Assembly: GCA_047495785.1 (NCBI GenBank)
Contig: JBLDXI010000013.1
Location: 496,001-560,000 of the forward strand
Reading direction: 5' to 3'
Length of the DNA: 64,000 bases
Source of the DNA: Lepidodermella squamata
Taxonomy: Eukaryota > Animalia > Gastrotricha
The translations under genes and the position numbers were made by a program. A model generated the notes under the pieces. That model was not told where the DNA came from, ran no database searches, and saw nothing but the letters and a program-made list of their open reading frames with translations. Below are positions 53,048 to 64,000 of this stretch, one piece after another. Position 1 is the stretch's first letter. Each line of letters opens with the position of its first letter.

Positions 53048-53169
53048 AGTAAATGGCCTAGTCGATAGATGGATGAAGGGACTAAAAAAATTCTAGGCAG
53101 TATGAAATGACTTTATTACGAGTGACCGAAATGAAGATCGAAAATCTGCGAAACAGTAAAATCGATCTT

Positions 53170-55320
53170 TTAAAACACAGTGATTGACAAAAGTTGTCCA
53201 GCCACTACTCTCCCATTGAGCTGCGCAGAGGCACGTTGAGCAGCATCAGGCTTCGGAAAGGCGATAATCGCGCGCCCTGTAGGGCGTCCGCTTTCGTCAT
53301 AATGCATTCGCAATGTATTCGGGATGGGTGCAAAAGGTTCTATCATCGCCAGAACTTCATTTTGATCCATATTTGTGCTTAAATTTTGCATCATTATTGA
53401 GCAGCCAGGAAGGCCAACCTTATTATGAAAAATTCCGGTCATCATTGACGCCAATATTTCAAATATATCGCGATATATACCTGCGGGAAATTTGCTTGAC
53501 TGATGGCAAGTTCAAAATCTCCATGCGAAGCAGGCTCGACGATAACGGCATTCATTCCCAGCAATGAACGATTTCTGCGAAGAGCAGCTTGTTGATCTGG
53601 TTCGGATTTTAGTCTGACAAGTGCGACAGTTCCTCCAGCCCGAAAAACTACGTCGCAGCCTGGATTGATGTCAAGCCCTGATTTAGAATCAAAATGAATA
53701 AATTGGCGATACAGGAATACAAAATAATTACCAGAAAATATGCTGCAAACGTTTTCTGCAGTAGCGCCTTCTTCGATATTCTTCACAGCTACATATCTCA
53801 CGTTTGGGTTGTAAAGAGGTTCAGTGGATAGAGCGCGGCCATCAGCAAACGCAATTTCTCGTTCGTATTCCTCGCGAGTTAGCAAATTTACGTCGTATTT
53901 CGTATTACACAGACGCTCAAGAGCTTTGCTGCATTCCTCCAAGTTTGGAAATTTAAGAAACGCAACGCCAGTAAATTGCCCTTGGCTACTCTTCTCCAAC
54001 TTGATACCATCTTTTGATATGCGAACAGAAGGAAACAAAGCCCTGATGTTGTGCCATTGATACTGCATCGGGAGATTTGCAAGTTTGATATACTCCGTGG
54101 ATACAGTTGGCAAATGAGGAGGAGACCTGCTTATTCCAGGAGGAGGGGGAGATCGACTTGCAGGTTTCATCTGGTTAACTCCAGACGCATTGGCGCTTAT
54201 TGCTACCAACGCAGCAGCCTCTCTGATCGCTTCTCTGGCCAATTCAAACTCCCGATTAGTGACTTCGACAACCTCAATAGGCATTCCTCTCAAGACAGCG
54301 CCAGTCTTTGCCATCGCATGGTCGCGAAAGTAGCGTGGGCCAATCAAGCGAACTAGCGCTCGTCCCATCCACGGGACAATAACCACGTCCTCTGCCGTCG
54401 GCGGTTGGCAGTCATAGAATAGAGCAAGAACTTCAGCTTTAGAGCTATCTCTCTGCAGGTTTCGAAGCTGTGCGAACAATAATTTATTATTATTGTTACC
54501 TTAAAGCTGCAATTAATTTTACCTCAACAAACCACTCTGACTTGACTTCAAGCGTTGGCACAACAGGTTCTACGGCAGCAACAGCGCGCAATCTTTTTAC
54601 TTCTTCGCCTTCACCTAAATAAACAATAAGAGTAAATACTCAATCGAAAATGCCACGTCTGATATTATTGACAATTCAAGTTTCAAATTATGCCTTGAAA
54701 TAATGAATAAGTAATGAAAATGATAGCTCACAACGCTTAAGTGTTTACGTCGTATATTAATTCTAAAAAGTAGAAGTTCACCTTCAGAAAGCAGTCTTTT
54801 CCTGGAGTTTTCTTCGGGGAGCGCAGGAATAATCGGTTTTTCTTGTTCCAAATAAACTGGCTGATTTGCATGATTGACAGGATCAGGGTGTTGATCTCCA
54901 CCCCTGGTTGATAGGTGAGCACGAGATGAAGCCACAGTGGGAACTTTAACGGGTTGAGGGAAAAGCTGAGCAGCCATGTTCAGCTTGCCGGTTCTGATCT
55001 TCTCAATCATTTCAGCCATTTCACCGCGATCCGAAGGGTGAATGCTAATCTTAAATTTCATCAAAAATGCAACCGAATCATCTTCCCATAAGAAATATTA
55101 CCTGCGAGTTATTGATGATTCCTCCAGATAATTGGATGGCTTTATTCAGGTCTTCAGCAGACTGAAATCCGACAAAAGCTATACCTTTCTCACCTCCGAT
55201 AATGTGAACGCCGCCTTCCGGAATCGCTAGCCCCAGAAAAAATTTACGGATATCGATTGCATTTGCAGACCAAGGAATATTTTCCACACGGACAACCATT
55301 GACAGTGCCAAAGAAGCCAT
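53170..55320 (-). CDS. RBM12: RBM12-like multi-RRM RNA-binding protein; about 6 exons
   Basis: VVRVENIPWSANAIDIRKFFLGLAIPEGGVHIIGGEKGIAFVGF; C-terminal RRM IMMQNL...IPNTLRMHYDESGRPTGRAIIAF. Confidence 0.85.
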
Positions 55321-56560
55321 TGGGAAAAGTCTTAAAAATCTAGTGTCGTATAATTATAGCAAAGATTTGATAATCAAATAAGCACTTGAGCGACGGTTTC
55401 TCCCACATTTTATGAGCTTCTCTCTCAGTTTCAAAAGGATCAAGAGGTTTCAAGAGGAAATCCCGGGTTCAAGGTAACGTAATCTGTGGGCGAATTCAAA
55501 AGTCCAAAGACATTTCTTCCAGGATAGAAGAACAGTTGACAGTGAATCCCACGACACCCAACATTAAATGCCTGCGCTTTTGAAATCCAGAACAAATCCA
55601 GACGCACAACAGTTTGAAGAAACAAAAGAACGTGTTTATTATTGAGCTTACCAGTTACCAGGAACCTCTTTTTAACTGACATACAAATTAGGTATTTTAC
55701 TTGGTAATGGGGCTGAATTATAGTACAATGAGCTTCGAAATACTCAATTAAAATTGGAAGCCAAGAGTACGAAGTCCGTCTTCCACCGATGAGAAATTCG
55801 CTACGTTTGCTACAGATAAATTGTCATTCGCCCTTGGCTTTTAGGAAAAAACGTACTTCAACATGCAACAATACAGCGGCCGCATTCGATTTCAAAACAA
55901 GTGAATCGATGAGGTATCAGGAGGGACTAAGCCTATCAGGGATCAGTTGTAAAGCCCCACAATTCACAATCGCCTCTCAAAATTCGATTAAAGTGTGTCA
56001 CCTGCCTGTTGGCAGTCGGTCAATATATTGCGTATATAAAAAAGTCACAGTTCACTGTCCACTGTCACTTTGCAAAAATTGAGGCGTTTGCAATCTTTGT
56101 CTTTTAGCAGAAAGGTTAGCGGAGAGATAGAGCTAAAAAAACGTCCATGCAAAAAGTCGTTTTCCCGCGCAACCAAGGTCATATAATTATTTTCTGTTTA
56201 TAACATTTTTTTATTTAAAAAGTACCCATCATTTCAATCTCAAAAATTGTGTTTTATTATAGGTGAAAATATAAATACTCTAAAATCCAAAAGCCCAAGC
56301 TCAGCTCAGCAAAAATCCCAGAGCGAATCGCAAGCAAATGCAAACGACATCCCCCTACACTCCCTGCTTTACATTGTTAACAATACAGCGATTCAGTTGT
56401 ATTTCTCGTGCCAAAACTGTGTCAACGGAGTCTTCCAGATTCCAGAGGGAGGCTTGCGAATAAAATCGTCTACATTCTCCTATGAAACGCTAATTACATT
56501 TGACATCGGTCATCGGTGTTCTCTGCACCCACCGCCCAATTATTTAATTAATTTTCTTGT

Positions 56561-56573
56561 TGACCTTTGACCG
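56561..56573. promoter_or_regulatory. DR1-like (HNF4/COUP-TF type) element
   Basis: TGACCT-T-TGACCG, about 310 nt upstream of COPS8. Confidence 0.3.
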
Positions 56574-56883
56574 GAGATATGAAAGAGGGCATGAGTGTGG
56601 TATGATCTGGTCCCTAGTGCCCATTCCATAAACCTTAGGCTTTATTAAGCTAGGGCTGACCAATAGCCTTGCCTAACGCGGAACATCTCATTGCGCAAAA
56701 TACATGGAGTTAAAGTTTGGTGATTAGCCTTAATTTAATTTCATTTGACATTCACCATTCAAGAAGGTTGTTATACCTTTCGCTTCACCCTTCTTTCCGT
56801 GTTTAACCTGTGGACAATTTAATTTTTACTTTCAGTTTCTCCTTTCTTCTATTAGAACTGATTATTACAATATTATTGCGGCG

Positions 56884-57477
56884 ATGAATGAGCTTGAAGT
56901 CATAAGTCAGCTTGAAACCAGTGAGTTTTCGAGCATAAATGCTTTCCAAACGTCCCCTGTTCATTATTGTCAACTGATTCTTGCTTACATGGCCGCTGAG
57001 GACTACGCTGGTGCAGAAGAAGTTTATAAGCGAATTCCTAACACTCTTCGATCCACTCCGCCATTGAATGGAGTTATACCGATGGTTAAAGCTTGCATTT
57101 CCGGGAAATTCCAGATCTTTTTCAGCGCAGCTCAAGTTTTCTTTTCTTCCATCAGTAAGGAAAGTGGTGATAAGTTTGCCCTTCATTTATTGGAGAAGAT
57201 TGTGCTACAAATGAGGCAACGAGCAGTAAGAGTCATAGCTAACAGCTATTCGGCTATTTCGTTAATCTCACTTGGTTCTCTGCTTGGCCTCCCGCCTAAC
57301 GATGCTATCGCTTTTTTCGTCCATCGTGCTCAGGGCGTTGACGTTACCATCAAGAATGACGTTGGGTTCGTTTATTTGACCCCGAAAGCAAACTATGCTG
57401 GATTCGAAGACTCTACTAGGGTCAAGGGCGAGATGGGAACATTGGCGGATTATGTTTCGTTCTCTGAGATTAACTAG
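56884..57477 (+). CDS. COPS8: COP9 signalosome subunit 8; intronless CDS
   Basis: YCQLILAYM...YKRIP; MRQRAVRVIANSYSAIS; C-terminal LADYVSFSE. Confidence 0.85.
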   Translation: MNELEVISQLETSEFSSINAFQTSPVHYCQLILAYMAAEDYAGAEEVYKRIPNTLRSTPPLNGVIPMVKACISGKFQIFFSAAQVFFSSISKESGDKFALHLLEKIVLQMRQRAVRVIANSYSAISLISLGSLLGLPPNDAIAFFVHRAQGVDVTIKNDVGFVYLTPKANYAGFEDSTRVKGEMGTLADYVSFSEIN

Positions 57478-57624
57478 AACCGATTGACTTGAATAATAAT
57501 TTCTTGGTGATAATTGCCTTTGCGCGTTCTTCTAACAACGTTTGTAATCATTACGCATTCCCATTACTTATTCTAATACCTATCGGCTGTTTATGTTTAG
57601 AATGAATTTTCATCCGAAATTATA

Positions 57625-60534
57625 ATGAGTGTTATCTACGATTGCGGCGGTCTATTAACTTCGTTCGATCAATGCGGTCGCGATCGAGATTTAATCGTTG
57701 CTGGCGGCCATGCCGTTATGTGCATTGTAAGATACGAGGGAGGAGTCGTGACTTCGAAGCATCACTTGCGCCACGCTAGGAAGTTGGACCACTCGGTGGC
57801 TCAGCTAGCATGGAACCATTGCTTACACGATGATGTGATTGGCATGGCATCTCCGAGTGGTAAATTATTCGAACTGAAGATCGCCGCAGATGGGCAAGTT
57901 TTTCGGCGTGCTTTCGTTGACCCTGAGCATCTGCAAGGAGCTGCAAGTGGGTTGAACAAGCGCCAAATCAGCCGGGTTCGATTTCATCCATCGGAGCCCC
58001 TTATTTTCTCGAGTAGTCACGATGGTCAGGTGCGTGGCTTTGACTTGCGGGCGGATTCAAGTCTTGTAACTCGACTTCCTTATCACAAACCGTCTGACAA
58101 TAATTTACCGAAATGTTACGATTTTCAATTCGAGAGGTCCTTGGGAAATTATATTTACGCTATTTATGATAACGGCTCAGTCATCGTGTGGGACTGGCGG
58201 CATCATCAGGCGCCTACTGAAACATATAATTTGGCGCCTGGTCAACCTTTATTTTCTATTGATCTTCATCCTACACGTAAAAAATTTGCAGCCGTCAGCT
58301 CCCGTGATATGTCAATGTAAGGATGTCATAATAAAGCTTAATTTAGCTTTAAACTATATTTTTATCCAGACATCTGTATTCCTTCGAAAATAAGGAAAGT
58401 GCCCTGAACATGCGCGTTTCAAATGTCACGCACCGCCTTGAATGGCGACCAAATCGCCCTGAACAATTTGCAACGTGCTCGGTTACTCCTGATCAACTCG
58501 TCTATGTATGGGACGCACGCCGCCCTTATGTACCTTTTGCTACTTTCGACGGTCATCACAAACTCGTTGACTTGCAATGGCGACGAGGAGACGAGCACAC
58601 CTTAATAGCAGCTGACAATTACGAACCCACTGCAGATGAGAAGCATGGTTATTTGATTTGGCATCGGTTCGGCACTGGCGATACTGCTGTATCTAACTCG
58701 TCAAATTCACTTTCTTATACCGCTATGACAAATCGCCCATCAGAGACATTTAGACCATCGGTGCTGTCTCTTGCAAGCCAGGGTGATATTGTGACAGTCC
58801 AATCAAACAATCGGGATCATTTGAAGCAAAGTAATTGGCATAAGGAGAGCTTGCAACAGGTCAGCAATTTAACTTGATAGTTTTTATCATTTGAACTACT
58901 GATTCCGATACTAGCCACTTCAAACTCCGACGATCGCAACAACAACCAATCATCTCACAAGGGGTACTTCACGTTTCACGATGAGTAGGGCTCTAACTCA
59001 AATGTCATCGAACCCTGCGCCAGAAACAGCTAATCCTAATGGATTATTAAAGCCTTTGGAAATATTTTTGAATCCAATATCGACAATCACCCGTTTCGCA
59101 TGTCCTGATGCTGTCAAGAATATAAATGCAGTGAAAACGATGGCTCGAGACTACCGTCTTACGGGTGCTCCTGTATCTCAACTTTGCGCTCACAATGCTA
59201 GGGTTGCGATGGGTTGCGATAGACAAGATGTAGCTCGTGCCTGGGAGTTGATTGGGGCAACTTTAGGTTCGGTATGTCCATCTCAGATTTGCATTGTCCC
59301 GGCAGGTTTTCGTGCTCAGTCCGAAAAATCCGAGTCCCCAGATCCTCAAGCGATGATGAACGGTGGAAGCGCCACAAACAGCACTGTCAAATCGTCGTTC
59401 GGTGGGAAAGGTGACCAGTTGATGGCGATCGCATCTTCGAACTCAGGTCATCAAGCCAATCACAATCGAGGAATCGGTCGCTCTGTCTCGCAAACGGCTG
59501 GAGAACAGGAACCTAGCCACAGCGCTGGATGGCATGGAGGTGGTACCACGACTGACTCGGATGCAGAGGGTGGGGCTGGTTTCGATTTAGAAATGCTAGT
59601 TACGACTTCAGAAGGTGCCCATCTTGATCATATTATGGCTGATGATGATGCTCACCATATGGTTATTCCAGCCGAGCTTGGCCCATCAATGGCGCACCAT
59701 TCACAGCGTAGATTGATGGAAACTTTGCAACACCAGGGCGAATTCTACGTTGGTTCGGCCTCTATGATCGAGAAGCGGCGGAGGTCCGTCGACAGTAAGG
59801 TCAACTTGAGATTAGCTAACAACCCTACTTCAACCGTAGCAAGTGTAGGTGACAACAATTCGGCAGCGGCTAAAAATGCTGGAAAACCTGCCGTGCGTTT
59901 AGAAGATTACGTGCTTAGCATTGCGCCCGACTCTGAAATGGGCATTTTTGCTGTCAGGGCTTTTGAGTGGGGTTCCGTGATTGTTGATTTGATCGAGTCT
60001 TTTGCCAATGCTAATGATGCTCAAAATGCTGTTGCGATGCTTGTCGTTGCTAGCCCGCTTTTGCCCAGTGGCTGCCAGGCGTCGATTCCGCCTGAAACGC
60101 AGCGCTTTTGGTTTCACGAGTACGTGAACCTTCTATCGCGGCTGCAGCTTGCTTGCCCGCTCGGCAAGTTGTTGAATTCAGTCGCTAATGCAACGTCGCC
60201 CTCGTTGCAACCACTAGCAGGAGTTGCTCAGGAATTGGGCCTGGTCGAGACGACCTACTCGCCGCTGTGCCACGGCTGTGGCGACCGGGTGCTGACGATC
60301 ACATCCGGCAACACTGGGCCGGTTTGTAAACGCTGTAAAAAACTGCCGGCGATTTGCACGGTTTGCTCACGGCCGGTACGTGGGCTCTACGCGTGGTGTC
60401 GCGTTTGCCTGCACGGCGGTCACATGGTGCATTTTAAAGAATGGTTCAGGAAGGGCGGTAATAACAGCGCTTTGAAGGCCAAGTGTCCAGCTGGCGGTTG
60501 TGATCATTATTGTGACCTCGCCCTGCCTCTGTAA
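57625..60534 (+). CDS. WDR24: GATOR2 subunit WDR24; 3 exons
   Basis: WD40 repeats (WRP; VYVWDARRPYVPFATF); LCAHNARVA...VARAW; DAQNAVAML; C-terminal RING CTVCSRPVRGLYAWCRVCLHGGH...CPAGGCDHYC. Confidence 0.9.
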
Positions 60535-60713
60535 TACCGGGTGCCGACTACACGGTTGCGAAAATAAAATTATTTTACGTCTTTCTCAGCCAAGTCAATT
60601 CAAGATTACGAATCAATTATCATATTATTTGTCTTTTGATTATAAAACATCAGTTGATTCATCTCAAATATTCTTGCCGATAGGGATTTTTATTATTTTT
60701 TCTTGTTGGCGGA

Positions 60714-62085
60714 ATGGATTACTCTCGCGAGGCTCTGGCTAATGACGAGCATAATCCCTTCTCCTACAAAAATTTCCTCAATCGTTACGGGACCACGCGT
60801 GACGGATTACCGCCTGCTCCACCTCCTCCACCGTCGCAGCTCGGGCCCGGTCGTCCGGCTGCGAACGGAAACGGCAATGGAGGCTATCGGCCTCCGCAGC
60901 CTTTACAAAACCGCCTGCACATGCCACCTCAGCAGCAAAATCGAAGTGGCGTTGTGCCACCAGTTCGACTTCAACAGCGAATGCCGTCAAATGGTAGTAA
61001 AGCTCATGAAGTACGTGATATATTCGCTGACAGTGGGGATGACGGCAGTGGAGAGGACGATTTCAACCACAATCAACCGGCTGCTAATTACCTTCAGCAC
61101 GAATGGCTCAACGGAGGTCATGACAAGGCTGGTGAGGATTGGCGGCACATCGGTAATAATGGCTCATCGCCTCCATCTGTGATTCCTCCCAGCGGGTCTG
61201 GCCTATATCTACCGTCTGAGATTTCTTCCCCGGCTGGCTTCGAACATTTGGGGCGGTTAGACGGCGGCCATCAGCAACACATGGCTGTTCGGCGCAATAG
61301 CAGTGAACGGTCGCTATCCAACCGGTTACAGGGCGACGACGGCATTCCAGCTCCGGTTGACTTCGCTAGTGGTACTACGCGTCTCGACGATCGTATGTAC
61401 ATCAATAAACTTCGAAAAGAGGTCGCGATTTACAAGCGAAAACTTGAGGAAGTCGAGCAGTACGCCGACCATACGGCTTCAGAGTAAGCTTCGTTCTATT
61501 TTTCACTCACTAATTAGTAGCCAGTTAGAAGGCTGGGGACATTAGCTCGATAACAGTAGCGTGTGATGCACCATATAAGCTCATCATTTTAATATTTACA
61601 GGCTACAACGCTGCACCGCGGAGCTTGATGCAATGAGATTGAGGGAGAGAAACGAGACTGAAGCCATGGAAAAGGTGATGCAGCATGTTGAAGCGAACTT
61701 GCAATCGACAACTCGGCGCGCACTTGATGCAGAATCAGCGCTAGGTGCGATGATCGAAGAAAACAGGGCTCTGAAAGAACACATCGCTGAATTGACGGCT
61801 GAAAACGATTCACTCCGAGCACGAGCAACCAACGACGTTCGGCGACTGCCGGCTTTCGAGCGGGCTCAGAATCTGGCTAAATTCCTTCAAGCTTCTTGCC
61901 AATCAGCTAATTTGATGCTGCGAGATATGATAGATGGGGTCGAGCAGATCCACTTGGCGTCGGTCGCTCTCGAGTCTATTGGGACCATCGAAGAAGCGCA
62001 TCCGACAACATCCCACTCCGCCGACAGCGTCAACAGCAATAGCAAGCAGCAATTGTCAACCAACGCGAATAAGAGCGAGTTTTAG
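60714..62085 (+). CDS. ENTR1: Endosome-associated trafficking regulator 1 (SDCCAG3); 2 exons (intron about 61485-61601)
   Basis: NPFSYKNF motif; coiled coil ETEAMEKVMQHVEANLQSTTRRALDAE; LESIGTI near the C-terminus. Confidence 0.75.
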
Positions 62086-63185
62086 GGCATGAAATTCGAG
62101 GCAAATTAAATACTGCTGTGATTCGGTGTCTTATCGTGTAAATACCGATGGAAATTTGTATTCCACCGACTTTCGTTCTTTAATGAGAATTTTATTATTT
62201 TTTCAACTGATATGCTTGATCAACCTTGTTATGCAGCGTGTATCGCACCCGTGTCTTTGTTGAGCTGTAAAATTATGTACAATCAATCAACACCGATTGA
62301 GCCACCTCCTCTCAACGATTTTTTACTCTGCTGATGAAGCCGTAAATACGTAATGATTTCTGTCAACTTGGAGTTGAATTTTAGTTACAATTAACTTGAT
62401 TTTCCCTACTCCTGAATCGAGCATCCTGATGTGAAATTACCAGCCTGCTTTATGTGCTACGAACTGTGGGCACCACAGATGTCTTATTAGCTCAAACAGA
62501 TCGAGTTTTCTATTGCAACATCCTTCCATTCCCATGATAGACAACATTATTGTCTAAGGTAATTTTTGTGAGTCATAATTTCGATCTTTGTTCGATCCCT
62601 GCGAAGAAGTTGCCCAATGAATAATTTAACAGAATTCTATTTCTTCTACTTTTGCTCTCTACTGTGTCTGGTGAGCGTCTCCATAGCTGCCTCCGTCATA
62701 AATTGATTTCTTTTCGAATCGTTATGAGTTTGACACAAGAGGCAGTAAAAAACCATCAGGTAGCGTATCGTCTTGAAGTAGCAAAAAGAATGCGGCAAAA
62801 AGTTGGTTGTTCGTATTATTACTATGATTATGATTATCGCCCAAGCATGCGTGATCTTTAGTGCAAATCGTTTTTTTTGTCAAAGTTAAACCCAAACAAC
62901 GTGGAAACTGTCTTCCCTCATAAAACTGCGAGTATTATACATACGTCTTTGTTTACGCGCCTTTTTTAAGATCTCTTGGGATGTCAGCGGCATGTTCTGG
63001 ATAAATCAAATACCTAAGTTGTTGAAATTTTATTGCTGCCTCGGTATATCATGTTATTTAGCAGAGAAAGCCACATTTTGATCACTTTTGTACCAGCGTT
63101 GTGTGTTTTCATTGTTTATGAGAAAGTTTAAAAAGTTGAGCATTTTTACTGACCTTTTCACTTTATTCAAATATTTAGGGTTTTA

Positions 63186-64000
63186 ATGGGGTGTTGCCAA
63201 TCCGCCCCGCAGATCGAACGCGAGCCAGAAGAGAAGGATAAATCAAAACCAATCGAGCTACCTGCAACGAATGGCAAGCCTAAAGATTTATTCTCTGTCT
63301 CGGCGTCTTCCGCCCTGAACCCCAAGCTGCCCCCAGTTGTTAAACCAGTGGCTAATGGAAAATCTAAGTCTAGTCAGGCGAAAAAACGGAAAAATGGGCG
63401 GGTTCACGATGCGGAATATATGGAAATGGGCATGCGAGGTATGGTCCAGTATCAAGATAAACAAGGCTATGTTGCTATTTTCGACACTCGAGTCCTTCAA
63501 AAGTATTACGTGAAAGGTCTGATTGGACAAGGCCGCTGTTCCGACATCTTCCGAGCTGAGCACAAAGCGTCGAAGCAGCCTTTTGCCATCAAGGCGATCG
63601 ACAAACTTCGCGCCCTCGATTCTTGCGATGTGGAACTAGCAGTTCTGCGTCGAGTTTCTCATCCTAATATTTTAGAATTGGTCGAAGTTTTCGACTGCCC
63701 AGATCGTGTTTTCTTTGTGATTGAGCTGGCGACAGGTGGAGATTTACTCGACCGAATGAGTGAGAGAGGCCAATTCAGCGAACTAGAAGCGTGCACCATT
63801 GTAAAATCGATTCTCGAAGGGTTGAAATACCTCCATTCGCTCGCGATAGCCCACTGCGATCTCAGGCCTGAGAACATCTTGTTCTACCATCCCGGTAAAG
63901 ATTCACGTGCTATGATAACCGACTTCGGCCAAGCTGTGGAATGCCGCGATCTTGAGGGTGTCGTGTTAACTGCTCCCCTTCACAACGCCTCGCCAGAATA
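63186..64000 (+). CDS. PSKH1: PSKH-type (CAMK group) Ser/Thr kinase, 3' truncated by the window end; absent from the ORF track
   Basis: Open frame from MGCCQS (myristoylation/palmitoylation motif); FDTRVLQKYYVKGLIGQG, QPFAIK, ELAVLRRVSHPNI, ELATGGDLLDR, ENILFYHPGKDSRAMITDFG. Confidence 0.8.
   Translation, partial: MGCCQSAPQIEREPEEKDKSKPIELPATNGKPKDLFSVSASSALNPKLPPVVKPVANGKSKSSQAKKRKNGRVHDAEYMEMGMRGMVQYQDKQGYVAIFDTRVLQKYYVKGLIGQGRCSDIFRAEHKASKQPFAIKAIDKLRALDSCDVELAVLRRVSHPNILELVEVFDCPDRVFFVIELATGGDLLDRMSERGQFSELEACTIVKSILEGLKYLHSLAIAHCDLRPENILFYHPGKDSRAMITDFGQAVECRDLEGVVLTAPLHNASPE

Noticed and set aside
55440-55682. 80-aa minus-strand ORF upstream of RBM12
   Set aside because: Contains intron-like sequence and no recognisable protein; more likely a 5'UTR.
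62331-62360. CTGATGA as a hammerhead ribozyme core (also at 14024, 16081 and several minus-strand sites)
   Set aside because: No stem II followed by GAAA at the sites examined.
1-64000. Prokaryotic systems (CRISPR, defence islands) or a variant genetic code
   Set aside because: The sequence is intron-rich animal DNA, no repeat-spacer array was seen, and conserved genes translate properly with the standard code.

Overview
Eukaryotic (animal, probably an invertebrate with motile cilia) genomic DNA from a very compact genome. About 22 protein-coding genes lie in 64 kb, with mostly 40-60 nt GT-AG introns, so the ORF track shows only fragments; I spliced the genes by eye. Recognisable genes in order: GNAS (G alpha s), a CUB-LDLa membrane protein, a SEA-domain membrane protein, a class A peptide-type GPCR, GINS2, a TEX264-like gene, an unknown gene, an ARAP-like RhoGAP, ROPN1L, LSM6, LRRC9, CCDC113/CFAP263, a giant multi-LamG adhesion GPCR (ADGRD-like), NDUFV2, a C20orf96-like coiled-coil gene, CTDP1, C8orf82-like, RBM12-like, COPS8, WDR24, ENTR1/SDCCAG3 and a partial PSKH-type kinase. 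No rRNA, tRNA, CRISPR array or intact transposon was recognised. The strongest unexplained signal is four runs of co-directional genes with stop-to-ATG gaps of about 36-410 nt; several gaps show AATAAA followed closely by an unpaired polypyrimidine-AG acceptor, which is the layout expected of trans-spliced operons. Other notable signals are a putative array of mostly 3n-length microexons downstream of LRRC9, a hidden spliced minus-strand unit downstream of GNAS, an adhesion GPCR with about six LamG/pentraxin repeats, and a PSKH-type kinase with a degenerate catalytic loop. Gene names rest on remembered family motifs, not database searches, and exon boundaries are manual predictions.
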